Source: an uncultured delta proteobacterium
GTDB taxonomy: Bacteria > Myxococcota > Kuafuiibacteriia > Kuafuiibacteriales > Kuafuiibacteriaceae
Direction of reading: 5' to 3'
DNA: 64,000 nt
Assembly: GCA_963803435.1 (NCBI GenBank)
Contig: CAWDML010000007.1
Span: forward strand, 32,001 to 96,000
Shown here piece after piece: positions 49,873-59,146 of this stretch. A program made the translations under genes and the position numbers. The notes below the pieces were generated by a model, which was not told the DNA's origin, made no database searches, and saw only the letters and a list, made by a program, of their open reading frames with translations. How positions within the stretch are numbered: the stretch's first letter is position 1; every line of letters starts with the position of its first letter.

Positions 49873-50634
49873 CTACAGCGCGGAGCGCTTGGTAAATCGA
49901 TAGAGCTCGGCCGGGCGGTGTCCGACCGAGGCTTCGGTCTCTCCCGTTCTCCCGAGCTGTCCGGAAGCGAGCATGCTCCTCCGGAACGAGTCCTTGTTGA
50001 GCGAGCGCCCCAGGACCGTCTCGTGGACGTCTTGGAGCTGCCGCAGCGTGAACTTCTTGGGCAGCAGCTGGAAGCCGATCGGCGCGTAGCCGAGCTTGCC
50101 GCGAAGCCGCTTCACGCACATGCCGAGGATGTCGGCGTGATCGAACGCGAGCTGGAGCCGCTTGCCGCTCGCGTCGGTGATCCGCACCGGGCCGCCGGTC
50201 TCGCCCTCCCACGCCACCGCGATCCGGGCGAGAACACGACCCCCGTCTTGTGTCGCCATGGCCTGCCGCAGGCGCTCCGAAGGCACCAGCCCGTAGTGGG
50301 CCACCGTGATGACGCGGGTGCGCGGATCGCGCTCCGGATCGCCGAAGGTGTAGAGCTGCTCGAAGAACACACCGCCGACGCCGCCCTTCTCCTCGATGAG
50401 CCGCCTCGCTGCAGCGTCGAGCGACTCGTCCGGCCGCACGAAGCCGCCGGGGACCTGATAGGCGCCTTTGAAGGGGTGCTGGCGCCGCTGCACCAGGAGG
50501 ACCCCGAGCGCCCCGCCTTCGGCCGTCAGGAGCGCCACGTCGACGGCGACCGAGACCCGGTCGAACGCGCTCGCATCGTAGGCATCGAGAAAGGCCTGCT
50601 CCTCGGCCGGCAACTTTCGCTTCTTCGTGACCAT
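49873..50634 (-). CDS. nrtR: NrtR-family Nudix-wHTH transcriptional regulator
   Basis: PGGFV..DESLDAAARR, EQLYTFGDPERDPR, LAFDH, FTLRQLQ, FRR, GHRPAELYRF. Confidence 0.9.
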   Translation of the reverse strand: MVTKKRKLPAEEQAFLDAYDASAFDRVSVAVDVALLTAEGGALGVLLVQRRQHPFKGAYQVPGGFVRPDESLDAAARRLIEEKGGVGGVFFEQLYTFGDPERDPRTRVITVAHYGLVPSERLRQAMATQDGGRVLARIAVAWEGETGGPVRITDASGKRLQLAFDHADILGMCVKRLRGKLGYAPIGFQLLPKKFTLRQLQDVHETVLGRSLNKDSFRRSMLASGQLGRTGETEASVGHRPAELYRFTKRSAL

Positions 50635-50677
50635 CTTAGATGCAATAGGCATATATGCATGACGCATCTAAGGTCAA
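50635..50677 (-). promoter_or_regulatory. Tandem palindromic operator overlapping the nrtR promoter
   Basis: CTTAGATGC-AATAG-GCATAT-ATGC-ATGAC-GCATCTAAG: two ATGC-N5-GCAT palindromes inside a 9-bp outer inverted repeat; TTGACC -35 on the minus strand at 50672-50677. Confidence 0.7.
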
Positions 50678-50721
50678 GCAGTTGAGTTCGGGAGACAGGT
50701 GGTTCAGCATCCGACCTCGGG

Positions 50722-51906
50722 ATGAGCTGGCAGCTTCCCCACGACTCCACGGACGAGACGGTCGACTCGACCGCCTTCGGGGCGGCCCAGGTCCGCTCGA
50801 CCTCGATCCGGGGTCGCCTGAAGAGCGCCTTCCCGCGGGACCTCTCTGCGTCGATCGACCTCTCCGAGGAGCGGACGATCCTGGGCCGGGGACCGGACGA
50901 CCGGAACGTCCCCGCCGTGCGGGACAAGACCGTGTCGCGCTCGCACTTCGCCATCGAGTGGGACGAGGGGCTCGGCACGCACGTGGGGCGCGACCTGGGC
51001 AGCCGCAACGGATCGTGGGTCGACGGTCACGAGGCTCGTGGCGGCTGGCACCCCTTCCACGACGGCTCGATCGTCCGTATCGGCGACGTCCTCCTGGTGT
51101 ACGAGCGCGGCCACACGCTGGGCGAGCAGGACGCGCCCGACGTCTCGCGCCGCGCCATCCCCGGCGAGGCGCTCGCGATCCGCCGCCTGCGCGCCTCGAT
51201 GGCGCGCGCAGCGCCCGACGTCTCACCGGCGCTGATCACCGGAGAGACGGGCACCGGAAAGGAGCTGATCGCGAACGAGCTCCACCAGCTCTCGGGGAGA
51301 CCGGGCGCCTTCGTCGCGATCAACTGCGCCACGCTCGGCGAGCAGCTGATCGAGAGCCAGCTGTTCGGGCACGTGAAGGGCGCCTTCACCGGCGCAACCA
51401 ACGATCATGAGGGCCTCTTCCGGGCCGCTGAGGGGGGCACGCTCTTCCTCGACGAGATCGGTGAGATGCCGATGCCGCTGCAACCCAAGTTGCTCCGTGC
51501 GATCCAGGAGCGCGAGGTGATGGCGGTCGGTAGCACGAAGACCACGCAGGTCGACGTTCGCGTGGTCGCCGCCACGCACCGAAACCTGTCCGAAAAGGCG
51601 CGCTCGGGAGAGTTCCGGCAGGACCTCTACGCACGGCTCGCGCTCTGGGAGCTGGCGGTGCCGGCGGTGAGAGAGCGACGCTCCGATATCATCCACTGGC
51701 TGGATCTCATGCTCGAGCTCTGGAACCGCGAGCGCGGCGTGGAGATGCTTCCGCTCGACTTCACCGCGGACGCCGCCGAGACGCTGCTCTCGGTCGACTG
51801 GCCGGAGAACCTGCGCGGCGTCAACCGCTTCGTCCACGAGATGGCGAGCCGCGGCGGTCGAGAGAAGATCCGCCGGGGTGATCTGCCCGAGTGGATCACG
51901 TCGTGA
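50722..51906 (+). CDS. FHA-domain sigma54 enhancer-binding protein lacking the C-terminal HTH
   Basis: FHA motifs GR, SRSH, NG; GETGTGKE, ESQLFGHVKGAFTGA, FLDEI; ends DLPEWITS. Confidence 0.9.
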   Translation: MSWQLPHDSTDETVDSTAFGAAQVRSTSIRGRLKSAFPRDLSASIDLSEERTILGRGPDDRNVPAVRDKTVSRSHFAIEWDEGLGTHVGRDLGSRNGSWVDGHEARGGWHPFHDGSIVRIGDVLLVYERGHTLGEQDAPDVSRRAIPGEALAIRRLRASMARAAPDVSPALITGETGTGKELIANELHQLSGRPGAFVAINCATLGEQLIESQLFGHVKGAFTGATNDHEGLFRAAEGGTLFLDEIGEMPMPLQPKLLRAIQEREVMAVGSTKTTQVDVRVVAATHRNLSEKARSGEFRQDLYARLALWELAVPAVRERRSDIIHWLDLMLELWNRERGVEMLPLDFTADAAETLLSVDWPENLRGVNRFVHEMASRGGREKIRRGDLPEWITS

Positions 51907-51915
51907 GCGGGTCCG

Positions 51916-53625
51916 GTGGTATGCTCGCCGCCCGTGGGCTCCGCTGACGACCGAATCGGCGCACAACATCCAGGTACCCGGTACCTGCTGGTGCGCGGGA
52001 AGAGCACCGCGCTTCGCCATGCCCTTCCGCCGTTCGGAACCATCTCGATCGGGCGTTCCGAGAAGAACGACGTCACGGTGAACGAGCCGGGCGTCGCCGA
52101 CGAGCACCTGATCATCCACGTCGACTTCGGGATCGGCGTTCAGGCCGTCGACAAGGACTCCGAGGTGGACGTCCGCGGGAGCGTGAGCGCCCTTCCCACC
52201 GGCAAGACCGTCGACGTGGCGATGGAGGATCGGGTCCGGATCGGAACGGTCGAGATCGGGTTCGCCTCGCACGAGCCGTCACGACGCCGGCACCGGCTCT
52301 GGTCGCCCTCGTACTTCGAGGAGCGCTTGGGCGAAGAGATGCAGAAGAGCGAGCAGCCGTTGCTGACGGTGGTCCGGTTCGCGATCGAGGGGCTGCCGGA
52401 GGACGCGATCGAGTCGGCCCTCTACGAGCGGCTCCAGTCCGGCCAGATCGTCACCGAGATCGGCGCCGGGGACTACGCGGTGCTGGCGCTGGGCCTGTCC
52501 GAAGAGGCCGCGCAGTCGCTGGCCGGCCAGATCGCGAAGGCGCTGGCCGAGCTCGGCGGTGAGGTCGCCTTCGGGACTGCGGTCCCTGCCGACGGGGACG
52601 CCGCTAGCCTCCTGGACCTGGCTGAGCGGCGGATCAAGCGCGCCTCCACTGCGACCGCCGCGATGCGCGTGGTGATGGACTCGGAGCAGATGCAGCGGGT
52701 CGAGAGCCTGGTCGACCAGGTGGCGAAGACCTCGAGCCACGTCTTGATCCTGGGCGAGACCGGCGCCGGAAAGGACGTGGTCGCGCAGATGATCCACGAT
52801 CGCTCCGATCGCGCCGGGCGACCCTTCGTGCGGATCAACTGCGTCGATCTCGGCGATCGTTCGATCGAGGATCATCAGGGCGAGGAGGGGCAGCCGCTCC
52901 TCGCGCGTGCGCAAGGTGGAACGCTGCTCCTCGACGAGGTCGTCGGCCTCTCGCCGCGGGCGCAGCTCAGCCTGGGTCATCTCCTCGAGAAGTGGGCGGC
53001 GCAGAGTCGCAGCTCACGGCGGCAGGCGGTCCGCGTGATCGCGACCAGCAACCAGGATCTGGAGGGCGCGGTGGAGGAGGGGCAGTTCCGCAAGGACCTC
53101 TTCTTCCGCCTGAACCGGGTCACCATCGACGTGCCGCCGCTCCGCGATCGGATGGACGAGCTCCGCGCGCTGGCTCGGAGCTTCCTCGACCGGACCGAGG
53201 GTGCGCGCGTCATCGACGAGAGCGTGTTCGCAGCGCTCGACGGCTATGACTGGCCGGGCAACGTCCGCGAGCTCAGGAACGTCATCGAGCGGGCATCGAT
53301 GATGGCGAAGAGCGACCGCATCACGCTCGCCGATCTTCCGGAGCAGGTTCGAGGCGGCCACAGCGCGCCGCCACCTCCCGCGACGACCCACCCCGACGCG
53401 CCACGGCCGAGAGGACCGACGCGCGAGCAGAGCCCCCAGGCCCTGACGCTCCGCGAGGAGATGGCCGAGCTGGAGAAGCGCCGGATCCTCGAGGCGCTCG
53501 ACAAGTATCCGACCCAGACCGACGCGGCCAAGGCCCTCGACATCCCGCTGCGGACGTTCCTCAACCGCTTGGATGCATTAGGAATTCCGCGCGCACGCAA
53601 GGCGAAGAAGACGCCGCTGGATTGA
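51916..53625 (+). CDS. FHA/degenerate GGDEF-like/AAA+/HTH regulator lacking GAFTGA
   Basis: GETGAGKD, LLLDEV, FRKDLFFRLN, WPGNVREL; loop 1 reads NCVDLGDRSIEDHQGEEGQPLL; HTH TQTDAAKALDIPLRTF. Confidence 0.88.
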   Translation: MVCSPPVGSADDRIGAQHPGTRYLLVRGKSTALRHALPPFGTISIGRSEKNDVTVNEPGVADEHLIIHVDFGIGVQAVDKDSEVDVRGSVSALPTGKTVDVAMEDRVRIGTVEIGFASHEPSRRRHRLWSPSYFEERLGEEMQKSEQPLLTVVRFAIEGLPEDAIESALYERLQSGQIVTEIGAGDYAVLALGLSEEAAQSLAGQIAKALAELGGEVAFGTAVPADGDAASLLDLAERRIKRASTATAAMRVVMDSEQMQRVESLVDQVAKTSSHVLILGETGAGKDVVAQMIHDRSDRAGRPFVRINCVDLGDRSIEDHQGEEGQPLLARAQGGTLLLDEVVGLSPRAQLSLGHLLEKWAAQSRSSRRQAVRVIATSNQDLEGAVEEGQFRKDLFFRLNRVTIDVPPLRDRMDELRALARSFLDRTEGARVIDESVFAALDGYDWPGNVRELRNVIERASMMAKSDRITLADLPEQVRGGHSAPPPPATTHPDAPRPRGPTREQSPQALTLREEMAELEKRRILEALDKYPTQTDAAKALDIPLRTFLNRLDALGIPRARKAKKTPLD

Positions 53626-53653
53626 CTTTTTATAACGAACGTTCGAAATAAAT
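53622..53653 (+). promoter_or_regulatory. Putative promoter/operator of the tetR-P450 operon
   Basis: TTGACT at 53622; palindrome CGAACGTTCG at 53636-53645 in an AT-rich spacer. Confidence 0.55.
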
Positions 53654-53657
53654 CCCG

Positions 53658-54224
53658 GTGCCGCGGGTCGTCGATCACCAACAATATCGGCAGGAGCTGC
53701 TCGAGACCTGCATCGGGCTGTTTGCGCAAGAGGGCTACACCGCGCTGACGATGCGGAGGATCGCGACCGCGCTCAGCGTGTCCACCGGGACGCTGTACCA
53801 CTACTTCCCGAACAAGGAGGCGCTCTTCCTCGGCGTGGTGACCGAGGTGGCGCGGCAGGACCTGGAGGCCGCCGCGGGCGCGATCGCCTCCGACCTCCCC
53901 GAGTCGATGCTGCCGCAGCTGATCCTTGGCTTCGTCGAACAGAAGGAGCACTGGTTCCTCCAGCAACACCTCGTGTTCTGCGAGTACCTCCGCAACAAGA
54001 AGCCCCGCGAGATCCGGAGCGATCCGACGCTTCGTGAGGCCGCCAAGACCTATCACGCCACCGTCGCGCGGATCCTCGGGATCGATCCCGAGCAAGCCAA
54101 GACGATCCTCTTCTTCCTGAAGGGTCTGATCATCGAGCGGTTCTTCGACGGCGGAACCACCACGTTCGAGAGCCAGGAGAGCTACGTGCGCGCGCTGCTC
54201 GAGCACATGAAGGAGGCTGCATGA
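53658..54224 (+). CDS. TetR family regulator
   Basis: LFAQEGY..LTMRRIA..LSVSTGTLYHYFPNKEAL. Confidence 0.93.
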   Translation: MPRVVDHQQYRQELLETCIGLFAQEGYTALTMRRIATALSVSTGTLYHYFPNKEALFLGVVTEVARQDLEAAAGAIASDLPESMLPQLILGFVEQKEHWFLQQHLVFCEYLRNKKPREIRSDPTLREAAKTYHATVARILGIDPEQAKTILFFLKGLIIERFFDGGTTTFESQESYVRALLEHMKEAA

Positions 54225-55567
54225 TCTTCCGGACCCAGCCCGAGACGCCCCGCCCCCCCGGTCCTCGCGGGCTTCCGGTGTTCGGACCGATCCACGAGTA
54301 CACGCGCGATCCGTTCTCGTTCTTGCTCGAGACCAAGCGCCGCTACGGCGACGTGGTCAGCACACGCTTCGCCGGTCGCGAGCTCTATCTGCTCTCGCAC
54401 CCCGACGCGATCGAGCACGTGTTGATCGAGAACCGGAAGAACTATCCGAAGAGCGACATCTCGCAGCGTCTCTATCCACTGATCGGGCAGGGGTTGCTCA
54501 CCAGCGAGGGCGAGCTGTGGACGCAGCAGCGCAAGCTGATCGCGCCGGCCTTCCATCACAAACGGATCCGCTCCTATGCCGCCACCATGGTGGAGCGCGC
54601 CGAGGCCCACGTCGCCCAGTGGATGGATCGAAGCGAGCGGGCGATCGACGCCGACATGATGCGGTTGACGCTCGATGTCGCCCTGAAGACGCTCTTCGGA
54701 GAGGCCGTCGCCGAGAGCGCAGCGCTGGGACGCGCCTTCACCGAGGCCAGCGAGTATTTCGCGATCACGCTCAAACAGCCGTTTCCGATGCCGCTGTGGG
54801 TGCCGACCGCGCGGAACAAGGCGATGATCCGCGCGCGCGATCTCATGCACAGCTACACGCGGCAGATCATCGAGTCGCGCCGCCGGGCCTCCCAGCCTGG
54901 CGAGGATCTGCTCTCGACGTTGATCGAGGCGACGGACGAGACCGGCGCGCGCATGGATGACGACCAGCTCCGCGACGAGGTGCTGACGCTGCTCCTGGCC
55001 GGTCACGAGACCACCGCCCTGACGCTCACCTACGCCTTCGACCTGCTCGGGCGACACCCGCACGTGCGGGACAAGCTGGAAGCGGAGCTCCAGGCAATCC
55101 TGGGAGGGCGCGCGCCGACCTTCGAGGATCTGCCGCAGCTCCTCTACACCGCGAAGGTGATCAAGGAGTCGATGCGGTTGTTCCCGCCCGGTGCGGTGAT
55201 GCTGCGCCAGTCGTTGGCCGACGATCGGGTCGCGGGATGGACGATCCCCGCCGGCGCGGTGGTGGCCTTCGCCCAGTGGATCGTGCACCGCGACGCGCGC
55301 TGGTTCGAGAATCCGGAGCTCTTCCTGCCGGAGCGATGGACGGAGTCGTTCGAGGCCTCCCTGCCGCGCTTCGCCTACTTCCCGTTCGGAGGCGGCCCGC
55401 GGATCTGCGTGGGCTCGGCCTTCGCCATGATGGAAGCGCCGCTCTTGCTCGCCACGATCGCGCAGAGGTTCCGGGTCGACCTGGTCGACCACCGGCCGCT
55501 CGATCTGCTGATGTCGGTCACTGTTCGACCGCGTCGGTCGGTGCGGGTCTCGGTGCGGAGGCGTTGA
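54221..55567 (+). CDS. Cytochrome P450
   Basis: AGHETT, ESMR (ExxR), PERW, FGGGPRICVG. Confidence 0.96.
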   Translation: MIFRTQPETPRPPGPRGLPVFGPIHEYTRDPFSFLLETKRRYGDVVSTRFAGRELYLLSHPDAIEHVLIENRKNYPKSDISQRLYPLIGQGLLTSEGELWTQQRKLIAPAFHHKRIRSYAATMVERAEAHVAQWMDRSERAIDADMMRLTLDVALKTLFGEAVAESAALGRAFTEASEYFAITLKQPFPMPLWVPTARNKAMIRARDLMHSYTRQIIESRRRASQPGEDLLSTLIEATDETGARMDDDQLRDEVLTLLLAGHETTALTLTYAFDLLGRHPHVRDKLEAELQAILGGRAPTFEDLPQLLYTAKVIKESMRLFPPGAVMLRQSLADDRVAGWTIPAGAVVAFAQWIVHRDARWFENPELFLPERWTESFEASLPRFAYFPFGGGPRICVGSAFAMMEAPLLLATIAQRFRVDLVDHRPLDLLMSVTVRPRRSVRVSVRRR

Positions 55568-56741
55568 GTCGGTCGAGCAGGAAGAGTCCGGCGGCCGACA
55601 CCACGCCCACCACGAACGTCAGGTACCACACCTGGTCGGCGCCCAGGCGCTGGTAGATCGACGTGCCCGCGATCGGTGCCAGCACGAAGCCGGAGGCGAA
55701 GGCGATGTTGAACATCCCCAGGTAACGGCCGCGGTTCGCATCGGAGGCGCGCGAGGAGACGAACGAGGTCATCATGGGCGCCGACAGCATCTCTCCGAAG
55801 GTCCAGATCACGACGGTGAACACCACGAAGCCGGTCGTGCTCCCGAAGGGGAGGAGACCGAAGCCGATCGCGTTCAGCAAGGTGCCGAGGGCGATCGTCT
55901 TGAGGAGCGACCATGACTCGACCCGGCGGACCAGCACCATCTCGAACGTGACGATCAGGATCGTGTTCACTGCGTACATCACGCCGATGCGGTCCTCGGG
56001 GAGCCCGTAGCGCTCGTTGAGATAGAGCGGGAACGAGGACTCGAGCTGGAAGAAGACCAGCGAGGAGACGAACCCGAAGACGAGGAAGCCGATAAAGAGT
56101 CGATCGCTCCACGGCGACGCTTTCGGGACGCTCCGCTCGGACGCGGTGGGCCGCGGGCGATCCGAGAGCAGCACGATCATCATGAGGCCAGCGGCGATGC
56201 AGGTGCCGCCGTCCACCATGAACAGCAGGCCGTAGTCGCGCACCGCGAGGAAACCGCCCAGCGCGGGGCCTACCGTCACGCCCAGGTTGATCGCCAGGCG
56301 ATTGAGCGCGAACGCGCGCGTGCGTCGATCGGGTGGGCTGGCAGCGGCGAACGCGGCCATGTTCGCGGGGCGGAGCGCGTCGAGGATGGCGGCGGCACAG
56401 AAGAGCGCGATCCCGATCGAGAAGGGGGTCCTGAGCTGGCCCAGGAGGAACCACATGAGACCTCCCAGCAAGAGCGATGCGATCTGGATCCTCCGCGGCG
56501 AGAAGACGTCGCTGAGCCGCCCGCCCACGTACGAGCCCAGCATCGAGCCCAGGCCGTAGAGGGCGACGAAGCGGCCCGCCTGCTCGGCCGAGAAGCCGCG
56601 CTCTCGGGTGAGGTAGAGGGCGAGGAACGGGAGCACCATGGTGCCGCTGCGATTCACCAGCGCCACCAGGGCGAGGATCCAGCAGTCCCTGGGGAGACCG
56701 GCAAACGCGGCCCGATAGGCAGCGATGATGGAGCGGAACAT
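55518..56741 (-). CDS. MFS transporter
   Basis: About 12 TM helices; GGRLSDVFSPRR motif A. Confidence 0.9.
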   Translation of the reverse strand: MFRSIIAAYRAAFAGLPRDCWILALVALVNRSGTMVLPFLALYLTRERGFSAEQAGRFVALYGLGSMLGSYVGGRLSDVFSPRRIQIASLLLGGLMWFLLGQLRTPFSIGIALFCAAAILDALRPANMAAFAAASPPDRRTRAFALNRLAINLGVTVGPALGGFLAVRDYGLLFMVDGGTCIAAGLMMIVLLSDRPRPTASERSVPKASPWSDRLFIGFLVFGFVSSLVFFQLESSFPLYLNERYGLPEDRIGVMYAVNTILIVTFEMVLVRRVESWSLLKTIALGTLLNAIGFGLLPFGSTTGFVVFTVVIWTFGEMLSAPMMTSFVSSRASDANRGRYLGMFNIAFASGFVLAPIAGTSIYQRLGADQVWYLTFVVGVVSAAGLFLLDRLNASAPRPAPTDAVEQ

Positions 56742-56832
56742 GGCGGGTCACTCGCCGAGCGGCGAGCGGAGGCACGGTAGCAGGCGCCGGGGGTCGCCGC
56801 CGATGAGCCAGCGCACACCCGGGATCACACCC

Positions 56833-58107
56833 TCAGGGGCAGGCGGTCCATAACCCGGCGCCGGCGCCTGCGGCGAGGGCCTGGTCGTGCCCGAACAACG
56901 CCTCGAAGGTGTCGTTGGGACGGACCGTGAGCGTGCGCGCAAAGCCGCGGCGGAGGAGCTGGCGCTCGTAGAGCCCGACGCTGTCGGCGTTGAGATGGAC
57001 GTACGCGAGGTTCCGCTCGTACTGATCGAAGCACTCGGCGTCGAAGGTCAGCCAGACGCGGTGGCCTCTGAGCTGACGCGTGAACTCGGAGGCCTCGTCC
57101 CCGTAGCAGTCGGCCGGAAGACCGCCGTGGCTGATCTCGGGCGTGTCGACGCCGATCAGGCGGACGGGACCCTCGATCGCGCCGCTGACCTCGATCGTGT
57201 CGCCGTCGTCGACCCAGTCGACCGTGACCAGCGCGGGCGCATGGCAGGGGCTGGCGCCGGCGCGCAGGGTGGTCGGGTCGAGGCTGCCGATGGCGGTGTC
57301 GTCGAACGGGAGCGCGCCCCCGAAGGGATCAGGCTGGGCGCCGCACAGGGTCTCGGGCGCGCAGGCGACCAGGTCGCAGCACGCCGGATCGGCGCAGTCG
57401 ATGGCGCCGTTGCCCTCGTTGTCGCAGGCGTCGCGGCAGCGGTCGACCGTGTTCTCGGGGCCGGTGGTGCACTCGACGGGGGAGCCGCCGCAGTAGGTCC
57501 CGGTGGGGCAGTCGGGCCGGATCGAACAGCAGTCGGCGTCGTCGCAGTCGAGGTACGGATCGCCGTCGTTGTTGCAGCCGTCGCTGCAGGCCGCGGGCGT
57601 GCTCTCAGCGGACGGTTCGGCACACAACATCGGGGGAGCGGTCAGGCCGTCGAAGGAGGCGGTGTATTGCTTCGTGCCGGTGTCGTAGGTGAGGTCGGCG
57701 GGCCGCGCCTCGGTCGACAGCTCGAAGACCAGGTCGCAGGTGCGGCTCTGGCGGAGCGCCAGCGTCGCGTCGCTGCACGGATTGGTAGCGAGCTCGGTCC
57801 GCTCGGCGGCGTACGTGGTGCCGGACAGGCTGTCCAGCGTGAACGCGCGCGAACCGGCCGGGAGCGGGCTCTCCGAGCCCGTGTTCTCCAGCGTGAGCTC
57901 GACCTGGAGGAAGCGACGTCCGGCGGTTGCGCGCACGCCCCCGAGCTCGAAGGGGAACGTGTAGCTTCGAAGCAGCATGCGGGCGAGCTCGGAGGAGGAC
58001 GGCGGGGGTGGGGGTGGACTCACGCCGCGCCGATGCCCGTCGGTGCAGGCCGGCCCCAAGAGGAGCAAGAGGAGCAATCCAGCCCGTTGCACGCTTCCGC
58101 CCTTCAT
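56833..58107 (-). CDS. Lipoprotein: Ig-like (DUF4352-like) domain, Cys/Asp-rich repeats and a thermonuclease (SNase) domain
   Basis: Lipobox LGPAC; CSDGCNNDGDPYLDCDDADCC-type repeat twice; DDGDT, VRLIGVDTPE, DQYERNLAYV, LLRRGFA. Confidence 0.85.
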   Translation of the reverse strand: MKGGSVQRAGLLLLLLLGPACTDGHRRGVSPPPPPPSSSELARMLLRSYTFPFELGGVRATAGRRFLQVELTLENTGSESPLPAGSRAFTLDSLSGTTYAAERTELATNPCSDATLALRQSRTCDLVFELSTEARPADLTYDTGTKQYTASFDGLTAPPMLCAEPSAESTPAACSDGCNNDGDPYLDCDDADCCSIRPDCPTGTYCGGSPVECTTGPENTVDRCRDACDNEGNGAIDCADPACCDLVACAPETLCGAQPDPFGGALPFDDTAIGSLDPTTLRAGASPCHAPALVTVDWVDDGDTIEVSGAIEGPVRLIGVDTPEISHGGLPADCYGDEASEFTRQLRGHRVWLTFDAECFDQYERNLAYVHLNADSVGLYERQLLRRGFARTLTVRPNDTFEALFGHDQALAAGAGAGLWTACP

Positions 58108-58140
58108 ACGCGCCGCACGCCTCAATCCTGCCTTGCGGGG

Positions 58141-59118
58141 CTAGCGGAGCCCATAGACCGCAGATCCGAGAGTACCGGCGTGCACGATGCGGGTCGCGCA
58201 TTCCTGCATGGGGATCTCATCGCTGCAGGACACGACCACCTCCTTCTTGCCGGTCGCCTTCGCACCCCACTGCATCGGGAGGCGAAGCTCACGGAGCTCG
58301 CCTCGCTTCGACATCGTCATCAGATGGAGCACCTTCATGCCAGCCTCGAGCCCGCCCCGCACGATCTCGTTGAGATAGATCGCCGGGTACTCCTGCGGGA
58401 TCACGACGCGCAGGTGCCCCTTGTTCTTCCTCCACTGGCTCTCGTATTGGCCGAGCATCTGCGCGCTGACGTCGTACTGCTTGAGCGCGCCATACACCTC
58501 GCGCAACGATCCGTGGGCCGTGCGTCCGGCGCTATCTGGCGGCTGATTTCCGTTGAACGTAATCCGATCGATGTTCTCGATCGTGATCTTCTGATGATGG
58601 ACCATGGCCATCGCACCGCGGAGCTCCGGCGCCTGCCCGACCGCGACCGGTAGGGGCTCGACGAATCCCTCGAGCCCCTCCACCGTGAGCTCGAGGGTGC
58701 CCGCGATCTGGCTGGAGGCCGCCTTCGCCTCCTCCGACATCTTCTCCAGATAAACGCGATCGTTCCGGTTGGTCTCGAAGCGGGCGAGGAGCGCGCTGCG
58801 ACGGCTGATGTCCGCGTAGAACATTCGCATCAGCGCGGAGAGCCACTGTCCACTCTTCACGTTCGGATGATCCGGATCGCGACTTCGCACCACGCGCTTG
58901 GCGAACACCTCGTTCGACTCGCTCGGGTTGCGCTTCACCCCGTACGCCTCGCCGCCCAGCTGCGCGAGCTCGGTGTCCTGGGCCTCGACGGTGGGAGCAC
59001 GGGCGGCCTGCTGCGCGCGGCCGAGCATCGTGCGCACAGCGGCCTTGTTCCAGTCCGGCGTGCTCGCGTCCGGCGGCGCCGCCATCACGAGCAGCACGAT
59101 GGAGATCAGGGGAGGCAT
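58141..59118 (-). CDS. Hypothetical exported protein
   Basis: Signal-like N-terminus; C-half weakly resembles the ExbD/TolR periplasmic domain. Confidence 0.6.
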   Translation of the reverse strand: MPPLISIVLLVMAAPPDASTPDWNKAAVRTMLGRAQQAARAPTVEAQDTELAQLGGEAYGVKRNPSESNEVFAKRVVRSRDPDHPNVKSGQWLSALMRMFYADISRRSALLARFETNRNDRVYLEKMSEEAKAASSQIAGTLELTVEGLEGFVEPLPVAVGQAPELRGAMAMVHHQKITIENIDRITFNGNQPPDSAGRTAHGSLREVYGALKQYDVSAQMLGQYESQWRKNKGHLRVVIPQEYPAIYLNEIVRGGLEAGMKVLHLMTMSKRGELRELRLPMQWGAKATGKKEVVVSCSDEIPMQECATRIVHAGTLGSAVYGLR

Positions 59119-59146
59119 GGTGAGCCCGACATGTTAGACAAACCGG

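Noticed and set aside
59119-59146. TPP riboswitch before thiO
   Set aside because: The intergenic gap is only 28 bp
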